Below, piece after piece: positions 39,681-49,175 of a stretch of 64,000 nucleotides of DNA. Made by a program: the position numbers and the translations under genes. Under the pieces are notes generated by a model, which was given only the letters and a program-made list of their open reading frames with translations, did not search any database and was not told where the DNA came from. Within the stretch, counting starts at the first letter, position 1. Each line of letters opens with the position of its first letter. Location of the stretch: NCBI GenBank assembly GCA_048886685.1, contig JBHLKM010000002.1, positions 199,532-263,531 on the forward strand. Direction: 5' to 3'. Source of the DNA: Candidatus Hodarchaeota archaeon (GTDB lineage Archaea > Asgardarchaeota > Lokiarchaeia > Sigyniarchaeales > SOKP01).

Positions 39681-41624
39681 ATGAATAATAAAGAAAATCA
39701 TCGGATTGGATACTATGCTTGTCAATGAGGTGTAAATATAAGAACTAAGGTAGATTGCGATGAATTAACTAATTATGTTAAGAGTCTTGGAGATGAAATT
39801 ATAATTTCGAAGAAAAACCCATTTCTATGAACTGATAATGCTCAAAATGAAATTATAGAGGACATCAAAGAAAAGAATTTAAATAGAATTGTAGCGTCCG
39901 CTTGAACTCCGCGTACACATGAGGTGATTTATAGAGGTACTATTGCTAAAACGGATTTAAATCCTTATTATTTTCAAATGGTAAATGTTCGGGAACATTG
40001 TTCTTGGTGTACAGATACTAAAGAAGAAGCTACAGAAAAGGCAAAAGTTTTAGTAAAAAGTGGCATTGAAAGAGCCAAGCGATTGGAACCTGTTCCTATT
40101 AAAACTGTTCCCGTCACTAAAGCCACTTTAGTTGTTGGAGGTGGGATAGGAGGTATGAATGCAGCTCTAGATTTAGCGAACCAAGGTATTAAAGTTTACT
40201 TAGTCGATATTAAAACAACAATCGGAGGAAGAATGGCTCAATTGGACAGAACCTTTCCAACAGACGACTGTGCGATATGAATCTGCGGTCCAAAAATGCT
40301 TGAAGTTAATAGAAATGAGAATATAGAATTATTAACATATTCTGAAGTAAAAAAAATTGAAGGATACGTTGGTAATTATAAGGTAACTATTGAGAAGAAA
40401 CCACGATACACAACTGATGAATGTAATGGTTGTGGTGCTTGCGCTGAAGTCTGTCCAGTTTATACAACGAATTATTTTGATGAGCATCTAGGTGCACGAA
40501 GAGCAATAGATATTCCATTTGGTCAGGCAGTCCCGTTTCTATATGATATTGATCGAAATGCATGTGTTGAGTGTTTTTCATGTGTAGACGCTTGTGAATT
40601 GGATGCTATTGATTTTAGCCAGGAACCTACAGAACTTAATGTTGAGGTTGGTACAATCATTATAGCGACTGGTTGGGATATACATGAACCTTTTGGCGAA
40701 TACGGATATGGAGAATTCGAAAATGTGATTACTCAAGCTCAACTAGAACGAATTTTAGCTCCAAACGGACCACTTGAAGGCCACGTACATCGAATTTCGG
40801 ATAATAAGAAACCTAAGGAAATTGTTTTCATTCAATGTGTCGGTAGTAGAGAAGAGGATAGGACTTACTGCAGCGGAGTGTGTTGCATGCTTGCTTTAAA
40901 GAATGGACGATTGCTTTTAGAAGAATTTCCTGATGCAAACATTACAATCTGTTATATTGACATAAGAACTCCTGAAAAAGGATTTGAAGAATACTATGAA
41001 CGAGCTAAAGATGCTGGTATTAGATTGATACGAGGGAAAGTAGGTGAAATTTCTGAAGATCCAGAAACAAAGAACGTGAAAGTTCGAGTATATTCAACAT
41101 TAACAGATAAAATTGTAAAAATTGATGCTGATTTAGTTGTGTTATCCACAGCAGCAATCCCTTCAAAAGGTACTCAACAGATTGTAGAACTTTTAAATCT
41201 TGATACTAATACTTATGGCTTTCTAACAGAATCACATTTCGGATTAATGCCCCAAGAAACTAAGTCAAAAGGCATTTTTATAGCTGGATTTGCTCAAGGA
41301 CCGAAAAATATTTCTTATTCCGTTTCTCAAGCTAGAGCCGCTGCTAGTAAAGTAGCGGAATTAACATCACCTGGAGAAATAGATATTGAACTAATTACTG
41401 CTGAAGTTGATAGCGATTTTTGTATCTCCTGTCGACGATGCGAAAAAGAATGCCCTAAAAATGCCATCAAGATTGAAGAAGACATCGGAGCGTTCATTGA
41501 TGAGATAAATTGCGATGGATGCGGTATCTGTGCTACATGCTGTCCTACTCAGGCAATTGATATAAGGTATTATCGAGATCATCAATTATTTGCAGAAATT
41601 GATGGAATTTTAGGAGGTGGTTAA
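39681..41624 (+). CDS. hdrA: Selenocysteine-containing heterodisulfide reductase subunit A (647 aa; Sec at codons 16, 50, 75 and 200)
   Basis: One frame from ATG 39681 to TAA 41624 with TGA at 39726, 39828, 39903 and 40278. Contexts CQUG, FLUT, SAUTPRTHE and DCAIUICGPK match CHCG, YSCS, ASCTPRTHE and DCSLCILAPK in the Cys paralogues of this window. Joins ORF-track fragments 39924-40280 and 40296-41624. Confidence 0.93.
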
Positions 41625-41627
41625 ACA

Positions 41628-42101
41628 ATGGACAACTATAATTATAAAATTGTTGCTTTTGCTTGTTTAAAATGAGGTTATAGCGCAGCGGATTTAGCAG
41701 GTGTTTCACGAATGAAATACCCTTCTTCCATAAAAATAATTAAAGTTCGTTGTACAGGAAGAGTAGATTTGAAACATATACTTTATAGCATTAAATCTGG
41801 GGCGGATGGTGTAATGCTTGCTGGTTGAAGACCCAGTGAATGCCAGTATAAAAACGGTAATTTCACGGCTAATAAACATGTCGAATTCGCAAATAGAATT
41901 TTAGAATCTAGAGGCTTCGGAAATCAAAGAATTAACATGTATTGGTTAAGTGGAGCAGAGTCAGAAAAATTTGTAAGAAGTGTAGAAGATGCTTTAGAAA
42001 AGGTAAAATCTGTTGGACCAAGCCCAATTAATTTAGTAAAACAAGAAGCAGAAATAGAAGCTAAAGAAACAAAACAAGCTATAACTACCCCTGCAGAATG
42101 A
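41628..42101 (+). CDS. vhuD: Selenocysteine-containing MvhD/VhuD [2Fe-2S] subunit (157 aa; Sec at codons 16 and 67)
   Basis: MDNYNYKIVAFACLKUGYSAADLAGVSRMKYP...VRCTGRVD...GVMLAGURPSECQY. TGA at 41673 and 41826 align with Cys of FLCNWCSY and LGCHPGDC in the MvhD paralogues. SD GGAGGTGG upstream. Missing from the ORF track. Confidence 0.93.
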
Positions 42102-42146
42102 ATCTTATAAAAAACTTTAGTTATAGGATGACTTACCTTGCGAGGG
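42088..42146 (+). ncRNA. Eukaryote-like SECIS element (cis-acting mRNA structure)
   Basis: Lower stem CCCUGCAG / CUUGCGAGGG. Core AUGA (42098-42101) opposite UGA (42129-42131). Upper stem AUCUUAUAA / UUAUAGGAU. A-rich apical loop AAAACUUUAG. Confidence 0.85.
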
Positions 42147-42184
42147 AAGGGGTCTTAAAATAGTATTCAATTAAAATAAAAAAT

Positions 42185-43714
42185 TTGTTAAATGGAAAAA
42201 TCCAAAAGGATGAGAATATGGTTCAAATTTCAAATAATGTATCTTTCAATGGAATATCCCCAAAAAATCTAATGGATGCAACATATAAAGCCATTAAAAA
42301 TTTTCAAATTCGAGCGTTCTTCGAAGCTAAAGATGAAATTTTAGAAATAGGTAAATATTCTGAAGAAGAATTTTATAAAATATTAGATGCCATGATAGAT
42401 GCTGAAACAGAGCGTAAATTAGTACTGGAGTCTTTAAGGGGTAAGGAACCGTTATTTTTAGAGGAAATTGCAAAAATTCTAAAAGACTTTCCGGCAGAAC
42501 ATGTAATTCGTGATATAATTTACCTAAAAGAACAGGGATATATTGAAGAACATATTGAAATAAAAACTAAAATAGTTATCAAGAAAATAAAGGGAGAAGA
42601 AAAAGAAGTCGAGGAACAAGAATATTTCTACAGATATCAAGTAAAAGATATACCCGAGGATTTCATTGAACATTTTTTTGAACCTGTCTCTATTGTCTTC
42701 GATTCTGAAGTATGCTGTCAATGTGGTTGGTGTTCATCTATTTGTCCTGTAAATGCCATTACAGTCACAGCAGATACTTTAGAGATCGATGATGAGACTT
42801 GTATGAAATGTGGGATCTGTTATTCTGTTTGCCCGAGATCATTTTCAATTGAACAAGCGGGTAAAAGCATAAATAAGCTTGATAAATCTTTAAAATTCTC
42901 AGAAAAAATTAATGGTTATATTAATACCTATTCTGCCTCCACCACTAAAAATGAAATTAAAAAAGTTCGACAAGATGGGGGAATTGTTACTTCTTTACTT
43001 GAATACTTACTCAAGAATAAATTAGTTGATGCAATTATAGCTGTAAAACATTCAAAGGACCTATGGAAACCAGAGCCAGTAATAGTAGAAGATGTTAAAG
43101 ATTTATACAAAACAAGTGGTACTAAATACGCTAATGCCTCAACTTTAAATATCATTGATGAAACGAAAAAGTACGAAAACATAGCAGTCGTAGGAGTTCC
43201 TTGTATGATGAATGCATTAAAAAAAGGGTATTTATTTCCAAGCGGACAACCTTTTTTCAAAAACATTAGCTATAGAATAGGGCTTTTCTGCATGGAATCT
43301 TTTCCCTATGAAGGAGTGCTTAAATTAATTAAAGATCAATTTGATAAAGATTTTAATAAAGTTACTAAAATGGATATAAGTGGGGGTAAATTTATTATAT
43401 ATTTAGATTCGGGTGAGGATTTAAGAGTACCCTTAAACGATGTTAAATCCTATGCACGCCATAATTGTCATTTTTGTGAGGATTTGACTGCCGATTATGC
43501 TGATATTTCTGTAGGATCGATTGGGTCTCCTAGTGGTTGGTCTACAGTAATTACGCGAAATGAAAAAGGTGATAAAATCTATAAAGACGCAATTAAAGCA
43601 GGATTAATTGAATCTAAAAGCTTAAAGGAGGTAAAACCAGGACAACCCTTATTAGAAAGGATTGCTGGTACAAAAAGAAAAAATTGTAAACCCATTAAAT
43701 TGGGACAAGAATAA
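42185..43714 (+). CDS. FrhB-family protein with N-terminal helical/wHTH module and ferredoxin domain
   Basis: CCQCGWCSSICP, CMKCGICYSVCP, QDGGIVT, VGVPC, IGLFCME, CHFCED...ADISVGSIG. The start may be the ATG at 42218. Confidence 0.88.
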   Translation: MLNGKIQKDENMVQISNNVSFNGISPKNLMDATYKAIKNFQIRAFFEAKDEILEIGKYSEEEFYKILDAMIDAETERKLVLESLRGKEPLFLEEIAKILKDFPAEHVIRDIIYLKEQGYIEEHIEIKTKIVIKKIKGEEKEVEEQEYFYRYQVKDIPEDFIEHFFEPVSIVFDSEVCCQCGWCSSICPVNAITVTADTLEIDDETCMKCGICYSVCPRSFSIEQAGKSINKLDKSLKFSEKINGYINTYSASTTKNEIKKVRQDGGIVTSLLEYLLKNKLVDAIIAVKHSKDLWKPEPVIVEDVKDLYKTSGTKYANASTLNIIDETKKYENIAVVGVPCMMNALKKGYLFPSGQPFFKNISYRIGLFCMESFPYEGVLKLIKDQFDKDFNKVTKMDISGGKFIIYLDSGEDLRVPLNDVKSYARHNCHFCEDLTADYADISVGSIGSPSGWSTVITRNEKGDKIYKDAIKAGLIESKSLKEVKPGQPLLERIAGTKRKNCKPIKLGQE

Positions 43715-43732
43715 TAATAACAAAGAATTATT

Positions 43733-44833
43733 ATGAGTGTAAAATCTTTTCAAAATTTAATAAAAGAAGTTCATGAGAAAGGAATTTGTCAAGAATGCGG
43801 AGGTTGCGTAAGTTTTTGTAGTTCGGTTGATTATAATGTTATAGGATTTAAAGAACCTTACTCACCTCCAGAATATATTAATAAAGATGCGTGTCTTGAA
43901 TGTGGTATTTGTTATTATCTATGTCCTCAAACTCACATATTAGACGATGAACTTAATAAAACTTATAAATTTATAGATTTTAAATCAATGCCACTTGGTT
44001 ATTTCGAAGACATATATTCTTGCCAATCCACTGATCCTGATTTTCTAAAATATGGAACTGATGGTGGAGTAGTGAATTCAATAATTAATTATATGTTAGA
44101 AAAGAAATTAATTGATGGAGCAATAGTTGCTAAAATTCAGGGTCCTTTTTCAAAAGAAGCTATGTTTGCTGGTGATAAAAAAGATTTAATTAAAGGTTCT
44201 GGGACAAAACTTGAAATATCGACACAGTTAGATGAGATACAGAATTTTTGTACGTATACTCGCTCCATCCCAGAATTAAACCGTTACAAATTTAAAAAAT
44301 TAGCAATAGTAGGGACGCCCTGTCAAATTTATACCATCAGGTGTATGCAAAATTTAGGGGTTACTCCTTCAGAATATATAGAAATATGTTTAGGATTATT
44401 TTGTTATCATAATTTCCTTTTTGATAAAGCTCAAATAGAAAAATTTGAAAAAGACTTTGATGTAAAATTTGAAGATATCACAAAAATAAACATTAAGGAA
44501 GATCTTATTTTAAAAATTGGCACAGATGGGAGAGTAGTACATATTCCCTTCGATAAAATAGTAGATTATGTACGTCCCGCTTGCTTTAGTTGTGCTGATT
44601 TCACCAATGTGTATTCAGACATTTCTTTTGGAGGACTTGGATCTCCAGATAAGTATACTACAGTAATTCCCCGTACTGAAAAAGGACGTAAATTATTTCA
44701 TAAAGTTCTGGATGATCAACTTATCAAAAAATTAGTACTTGATGCTCCTGAAAAAAGTAAAATGAAAGAACGAATAACAAAATTCTCTCATTCGAAAATG
44801 GAGAGGGAACTAAGTTTTGTAAAAAATTTATAG
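43733..44833 (+). CDS. FrhB/FdhB-family protein with N-terminal ferredoxin
   Basis: CQECGGCVSFC, CLECGICYYLCP, TDGGVV, VGTPCQ, LGLFC, CFSCADF...SDISFG. Confidence 0.88.
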   Translation: MSVKSFQNLIKEVHEKGICQECGGCVSFCSSVDYNVIGFKEPYSPPEYINKDACLECGICYYLCPQTHILDDELNKTYKFIDFKSMPLGYFEDIYSCQSTDPDFLKYGTDGGVVNSIINYMLEKKLIDGAIVAKIQGPFSKEAMFAGDKKDLIKGSGTKLEISTQLDEIQNFCTYTRSIPELNRYKFKKLAIVGTPCQIYTIRCMQNLGVTPSEYIEICLGLFCYHNFLFDKAQIEKFEKDFDVKFEDITKINIKEDLILKIGTDGRVVHIPFDKIVDYVRPACFSCADFTNVYSDISFGGLGSPDKYTTVIPRTEKGRKLFHKVLDDQLIKKLVLDAPEKSKMKERITKFSHSKMERELSFVKNL

Positions 44834-44840
44834 TAAGGGT

Positions 44841-46097
44841 GTGAGATATCTGACCGAGTTGAAACAACCCAGTAAAAGTGATCAAGAAACTGATGAAATT
44901 CAAGTTTTTTTAGATAAAATATATGAAACTGATTTAAGACATTTATTGAAAAAATGTTATCAATGCGCACGATGCTCAGGTGTATGTCAAATTAGTAAGG
45001 TTCAGAAATTTACACCTAGTAGGATCATCCAAATGATTTTGGAGGGATTTGAAGACGAAATAATTGATAATGGAGTATTATGGGAATGTTTGACCTGTAA
45101 TAGTTGTCTCCAAGACTGTCCTAAAAATATAAATTTTGCAGATATTGCTCGGATTCTAAGATATAAAATGAGAAATAAGGGTATTCATAACCTTGAGAGA
45201 GCGGTTGCTCATAAAGGAATTTATCCTACAATGGGTGAATTGATGAGTCAAGATTATATTAATATCAATCGTCCTTTAGATTGGATCCCTAAAGGTTGTA
45301 AGATTGCAGATAAAGGTGAAATCTTATATTACGTTGGATGTTTGCCATTTTTCGATTATGATTTTCAGAATCTCAAGCCTATCTCATCAAGTACTTTAAA
45401 AACTATATGTAAAATTGAAAATGAACCAATTGTCGTACTTAAAGAAGAGACTTGTTGTGGACATGATTTATATTGGGGGCAAGGAAAATTTGAAGTTTTT
45501 ATTGAGTTAGCTAAGAAAAATCGAGAAAAATTTGAAAAAGCAGGCATATCAACAATAATTACTGCTTGTGCGGAATGCTACAGAACATTCAAGGTTGATT
45601 ATGCGAATTTATTTGATGATTTCAATAAAAGGTTTGATGTTCAACATATTATTGAATATGTATATGATAAGTGGAAACAAGGGAAGATCGATTTTAAAAA
45701 ACCTAATGAAAAATATAAGAAAACCACTTTTACGTTTCACGATCCCTGTAGATTAAGTAGATTTTTACCAACAGAAAACAACCTGGTAAAGAATTTAAGA
45801 GAAATTTTTAATTATCTACAGAATTTGGGGTATAATTTTAAAGAAATGAAACATAATCAAGAAAATTCCCTATGCTGCGGAGTTAGTTCTTGGTTAAATT
45901 GTAATGAGCGCTCTAAAGCATTGCGATACACCCGAATCTTAGAGGCAAAAGAGGTTGCTACTCAAGTATATACATCTTGTCCTAAATGTAACGTTCATTT
46001 GAATTGTATTAAAAAAGATTATGAGGATATTTCTTCGGTAGAAATTTCAGATCTTTCAGAATTTCTCGCAGATATAATAAAAATTGTAAAAAGTTAG
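44841..46097 (+). CDS. HdrD-like Fe-S oxidoreductase (HdrC-like 2x[4Fe-4S] plus two CCG domains)
   Basis: CYQCARCSGVC, CLTCNSCLQDCP, YYVGC, ETCCG, TACAEC, HDPC, LCCG, TSCPKC. Confidence 0.88.
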   Translation: MRYLTELKQPSKSDQETDEIQVFLDKIYETDLRHLLKKCYQCARCSGVCQISKVQKFTPSRIIQMILEGFEDEIIDNGVLWECLTCNSCLQDCPKNINFADIARILRYKMRNKGIHNLERAVAHKGIYPTMGELMSQDYININRPLDWIPKGCKIADKGEILYYVGCLPFFDYDFQNLKPISSSTLKTICKIENEPIVVLKEETCCGHDLYWGQGKFEVFIELAKKNREKFEKAGISTIITACAECYRTFKVDYANLFDDFNKRFDVQHIIEYVYDKWKQGKIDFKKPNEKYKKTTFTFHDPCRLSRFLPTENNLVKNLREIFNYLQNLGYNFKEMKHNQENSLCCGVSSWLNCNERSKALRYTRILEAKEVATQVYTSCPKCNVHLNCIKKDYEDISSVEISDLSEFLADIIKIVKS

Positions 46098-46120
46098 AAA
46101 ATTGAGGAGATAATAAAATC

Positions 46121-49100
46121 ATGGAAGGATCTGTGTTAGTAATTGGAGGAGGTATTGCAGGGATCCAAGCTTCTTTAGATTTAACGGAGATGGGATTTAA
46201 AGTTTATCTAGTAGAAAAAACTCCTTCTATTGGAGGTAGAATGGCTCAACTCGATAAAACATTTCCTACTTTAGATTGTAGTTTATGCATATTGGCACCT
46301 AAAATGGTTGAAGTTTTCAGAAATCCTAATATCGAACTAATGACTTATCATGAAGTTAAAGAGGTTACTGGTAAAGCTGGAGATTTTAAGGTTACTGTTC
46401 TTAAGAGACCTCGTTTTGTTGATGAGACAAAATGCAAAGGATGTGGGGATTGTACCACTAGATGCCCAAAGATCGAAGCCCCAAATATTTTTGACATGAA
46501 TCTGGGAAAAAGAAAATCAATATACATCCCATTTCCTCAAGCAGTTCCACCAGTTTATTTGATTGATCCTGATATGTGTTTAAAATTGACGAGGGATGTA
46601 TGTGGTGTCTGTGAAAAAGTTTGTGAAGCAAAAGCTATAGATTTCACACAAAAAACTCAAGAAATTCAAATAAGTGTTGGAGCGATAGTAGTTGCTACTG
46701 GATTTGATATGGCTAGAGATGGTTTATCATCAAGATGGGGCATTGATTATGATAATGTAGTGACTGCATTAGAGTATGAAAGAATTCTATGTGCTTCTGG
46801 ACCATTTGGGGGGCATGTTTTACGCCCGAGTGATAAGGAAGAGCCAGAAAAGATAGCATTTATTCAATGTGCTGGATCAAGAGACTTGCATGAAAGAATT
46901 CCCTATTGTTCCAGCGTATGTTGTATGTATACGAGTAAAGAAGCCATAATCACTAAGGAACACTCTGATCAGTCACAATGTTTTGTTTTTAGACATGATA
47001 TTAGAGCCTATGGGAAAAATTTCTATGAATTTACCCAGAGAGCCCAAAATGAATATGGTGTGAATTATTTTCACACTAAAATTAGTAAGATTAAAGAAGA
47101 TCCTGAGAATAATGATCTGATTATACACTATGAAGATTTACAATCAGGTTTACTTAATAATTTTCGAGCAAATTTAGTCGTCTTGGCAACACCCTTGGTC
47201 CCTTCTAAGGGAACTGAAGAATTAGCAAAGATTTTAGATATCGAATTAGATGACTATAACTTTTTTAAGGAGAAATCACATTTTACTAAATCGAGATCCT
47301 CGAAAAAAGGTATTTTTTTAGCAGGATTTTGCCAAGGACCTATGGATATACCTGAAACTGTGGCTGATGCCAGTGGAGTGGCTTCCCAAGTAGCAGTTCT
47401 ACTTAGTTCCGTTAAATTTACTGAGACCAAAGAAAAAATAATAGAAGTGCCAGAAAAAGAGGTAAAAATAACAGATGACCCGAGAATTGGGGTACTAATT
47501 TGTCATTGTGGAATTAACATAGGAAAATATATCGATATTCCAAAAGTTATTGAATATATAAAGAATTTGCCTAATGTGGTTTTTTGTGAAGATAATTTGT
47601 ATTCTTGCAGTTCCGATTCTCAAGAAAGAATTAAGGAAGTAATAAACGAATTTAATTTAAATAGGTTTGTTGTAGCATCGTGTACTCCACGAACTCATGA
47701 ATCCTTATTCCAAGAGACCTGTCAAGAAGCAGGATTGAATAAATACTTGTTTCAAATGGCTAACATTAGGGACCAGTGTTCTTGGGTTCATATGGAACAA
47801 CCAGAAGAAGCTACGCAAAAAGCAAAAGATCTAATTGAAATGGCTGTTGCTAAATCCAGATTATTTAAACCCCAAGAAGAACAGACATTATCCATGACTC
47901 CCAAAGCATTAATTATTGGTGGGGGTATATCTGGAATGACTGCCGCGTTAAATATTGCTAATCAAGGATTTAATGTCTACCTTATAGAAAAAGAGAACAG
48001 GTTAGGGGGATTATTAAATGATTTATATCTCTTATATCCCACTCAAGAAGATTCTTCAACATTTTTAAAGAGGATAATAGAAGATACTACCAAAAATAAA
48101 AACATCCAGATATGTTTAGAATCAAAAGTAAAAGATGTTAAAGGATATATAGGTAATTATGATATCTCCATTGTTAACTCCAAAAAAGAAATTACCGAAT
48201 TTAAAGTGGGTGTTATTATTGTTGCTACTGGGGGAAAAGAATTAAAACCTATTGGATATCCGCAATATAATGATAAAAATCAAAATGTAATAACTCAATT
48301 AGAACTGGAACGGAAATTAAAAGCTGAAGATTTATCATGGCTTGACAAGATCAAACGCATTACGACTATCTTGTGTGTTAGAGCTAGAGAAGTAAAAGGA
48401 ATTACATATTGTTCAAATGTGTGTTGTGCAATATCTATTAAAAACTTAAATATTCTTAAGGAATTAAAGCCAGATCTTGAAATAATTGTTCTTTACAGAG
48501 ATTTTCAAATGGCCAAAAAAGAATTTGAAGAATATTTCTTTGATAGAAGGAAGGATGCAATTCTTCTGAGATATAATTTAAATAAACCACCAGATATTAA
48601 AAAAATTGGTAATAAACCCGAGAAATATGGAATAAAGGTATTCGATACTAATTTACAAGATGATATCAATTTTGAAACAGATATGATTATCTTATCTCCT
48701 CCTATGAGTCCTCCAGAAAATTCAGAAGAATTAGCAAAAATGCTTAAAGTACCTTTAGACCATCAAGGCTTTTTCTTAGAAGCTCATGCTAAATTAAGAC
48801 CTGTAGATTTCGCAACAGATGGAGTATTTTTATGTGGATGTGCCCATTGGCCAAAACATATTCAAGAATCAATTACTCAGGCAAATGGAGCAGCAGGAAG
48901 AGCAAGCAGATTTTTGAGTTCAGAAGATATTATTGCATCGGGTTTAGTATCAGAGGTGGATGATGAATTATGTATCGGATGTGGTGTTTGCGTGAAACTT
49001 TGTCCTTATAATGCAATATCGAAGAATGAACAAGAGGTAGCGGTTGTTAACAAACTCATGTGCAAAGGATGTGGAGTTTGTGGTGCTAGTTGTCCTGAAA

Positions 49101-49171
49101 ATGCGATAACTGTACATCATTTTACAGACGACCAAATCTTATCAGAAATTATTGTATACGGAGGAGATTAA
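46121..49171 (+). CDS. hdrA: Large HdrA-family flavoprotein (two FAD-binding modules, Cys form)
   Basis: GGGIAG, LDKTFPTLDCSLC, QCAGSR...CSSVCC, ICHCGINIG, SCTPRTHE, second GGGISG, EAHAKLRPVDF and a terminal ferredoxin. Confidence 0.92.
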   Translation: MEGSVLVIGGGIAGIQASLDLTEMGFKVYLVEKTPSIGGRMAQLDKTFPTLDCSLCILAPKMVEVFRNPNIELMTYHEVKEVTGKAGDFKVTVLKRPRFVDETKCKGCGDCTTRCPKIEAPNIFDMNLGKRKSIYIPFPQAVPPVYLIDPDMCLKLTRDVCGVCEKVCEAKAIDFTQKTQEIQISVGAIVVATGFDMARDGLSSRWGIDYDNVVTALEYERILCASGPFGGHVLRPSDKEEPEKIAFIQCAGSRDLHERIPYCSSVCCMYTSKEAIITKEHSDQSQCFVFRHDIRAYGKNFYEFTQRAQNEYGVNYFHTKISKIKEDPENNDLIIHYEDLQSGLLNNFRANLVVLATPLVPSKGTEELAKILDIELDDYNFFKEKSHFTKSRSSKKGIFLAGFCQGPMDIPETVADASGVASQVAVLLSSVKFTETKEKIIEVPEKEVKITDDPRIGVLICHCGINIGKYIDIPKVIEYIKNLPNVVFCEDNLYSCSSDSQERIKEVINEFNLNRFVVASCTPRTHESLFQETCQEAGLNKYLFQMANIRDQCSWVHMEQPEEATQKAKDLIEMAVAKSRLFKPQEEQTLSMTPKALIIGGGISGMTAALNIANQGFNVYLIEKENRLGGLLNDLYLLYPTQEDSSTFLKRIIEDTTKNKNIQICLESKVKDVKGYIGNYDISIVNSKKEITEFKVGVIIVATGGKELKPIGYPQYNDKNQNVITQLELERKLKAEDLSWLDKIKRITTILCVRAREVKGITYCSNVCCAISIKNLNILKELKPDLEIIVLYRDFQMAKKEFEEYFFDRRKDAILLRYNLNKPPDIKKIGNKPEKYGIKVFDTNLQDDINFETDMIILSPPMSPPENSEELAKMLKVPLDHQGFFLEAHAKLRPVDFATDGVFLCGCAHWPKHIQESITQANGAAGRASRFLSSEDIIASGLVSEVDDELCIGCGVCVKLCPYNAISKNEQEVAVVNKLMCKGCGVCGASCPENAITVHHFTDDQILSEIIVYGGD

Positions 49172-49175
49172 TTAT

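Noticed and set aside
39667-39684. Tiny uORF ATG TGT AAA AGT AGA TGA overlapping the hdrA start, as a possible selenium sensor
   Set aside because: Its ATG directly abuts the SD motif with no spacing, and read-through would oppose hdrA translation when selenium is present. No further support.
39681-42101. Reading the TGA-interrupted hdrA and vhuD as pseudogenes or as genetic code 4/25
   Set aside because: All six internal stops are TGA at conserved Cys positions, there are no frameshifts and a SECIS follows. TGA ends normal genes elsewhere and Trp is encoded by TGG.
42190-42215. Second hairpin ATCC-AAAA-GGAT-GA as another SECIS
   Set aside because: Only a 4-bp stem and no AUGA core at a suitable distance.
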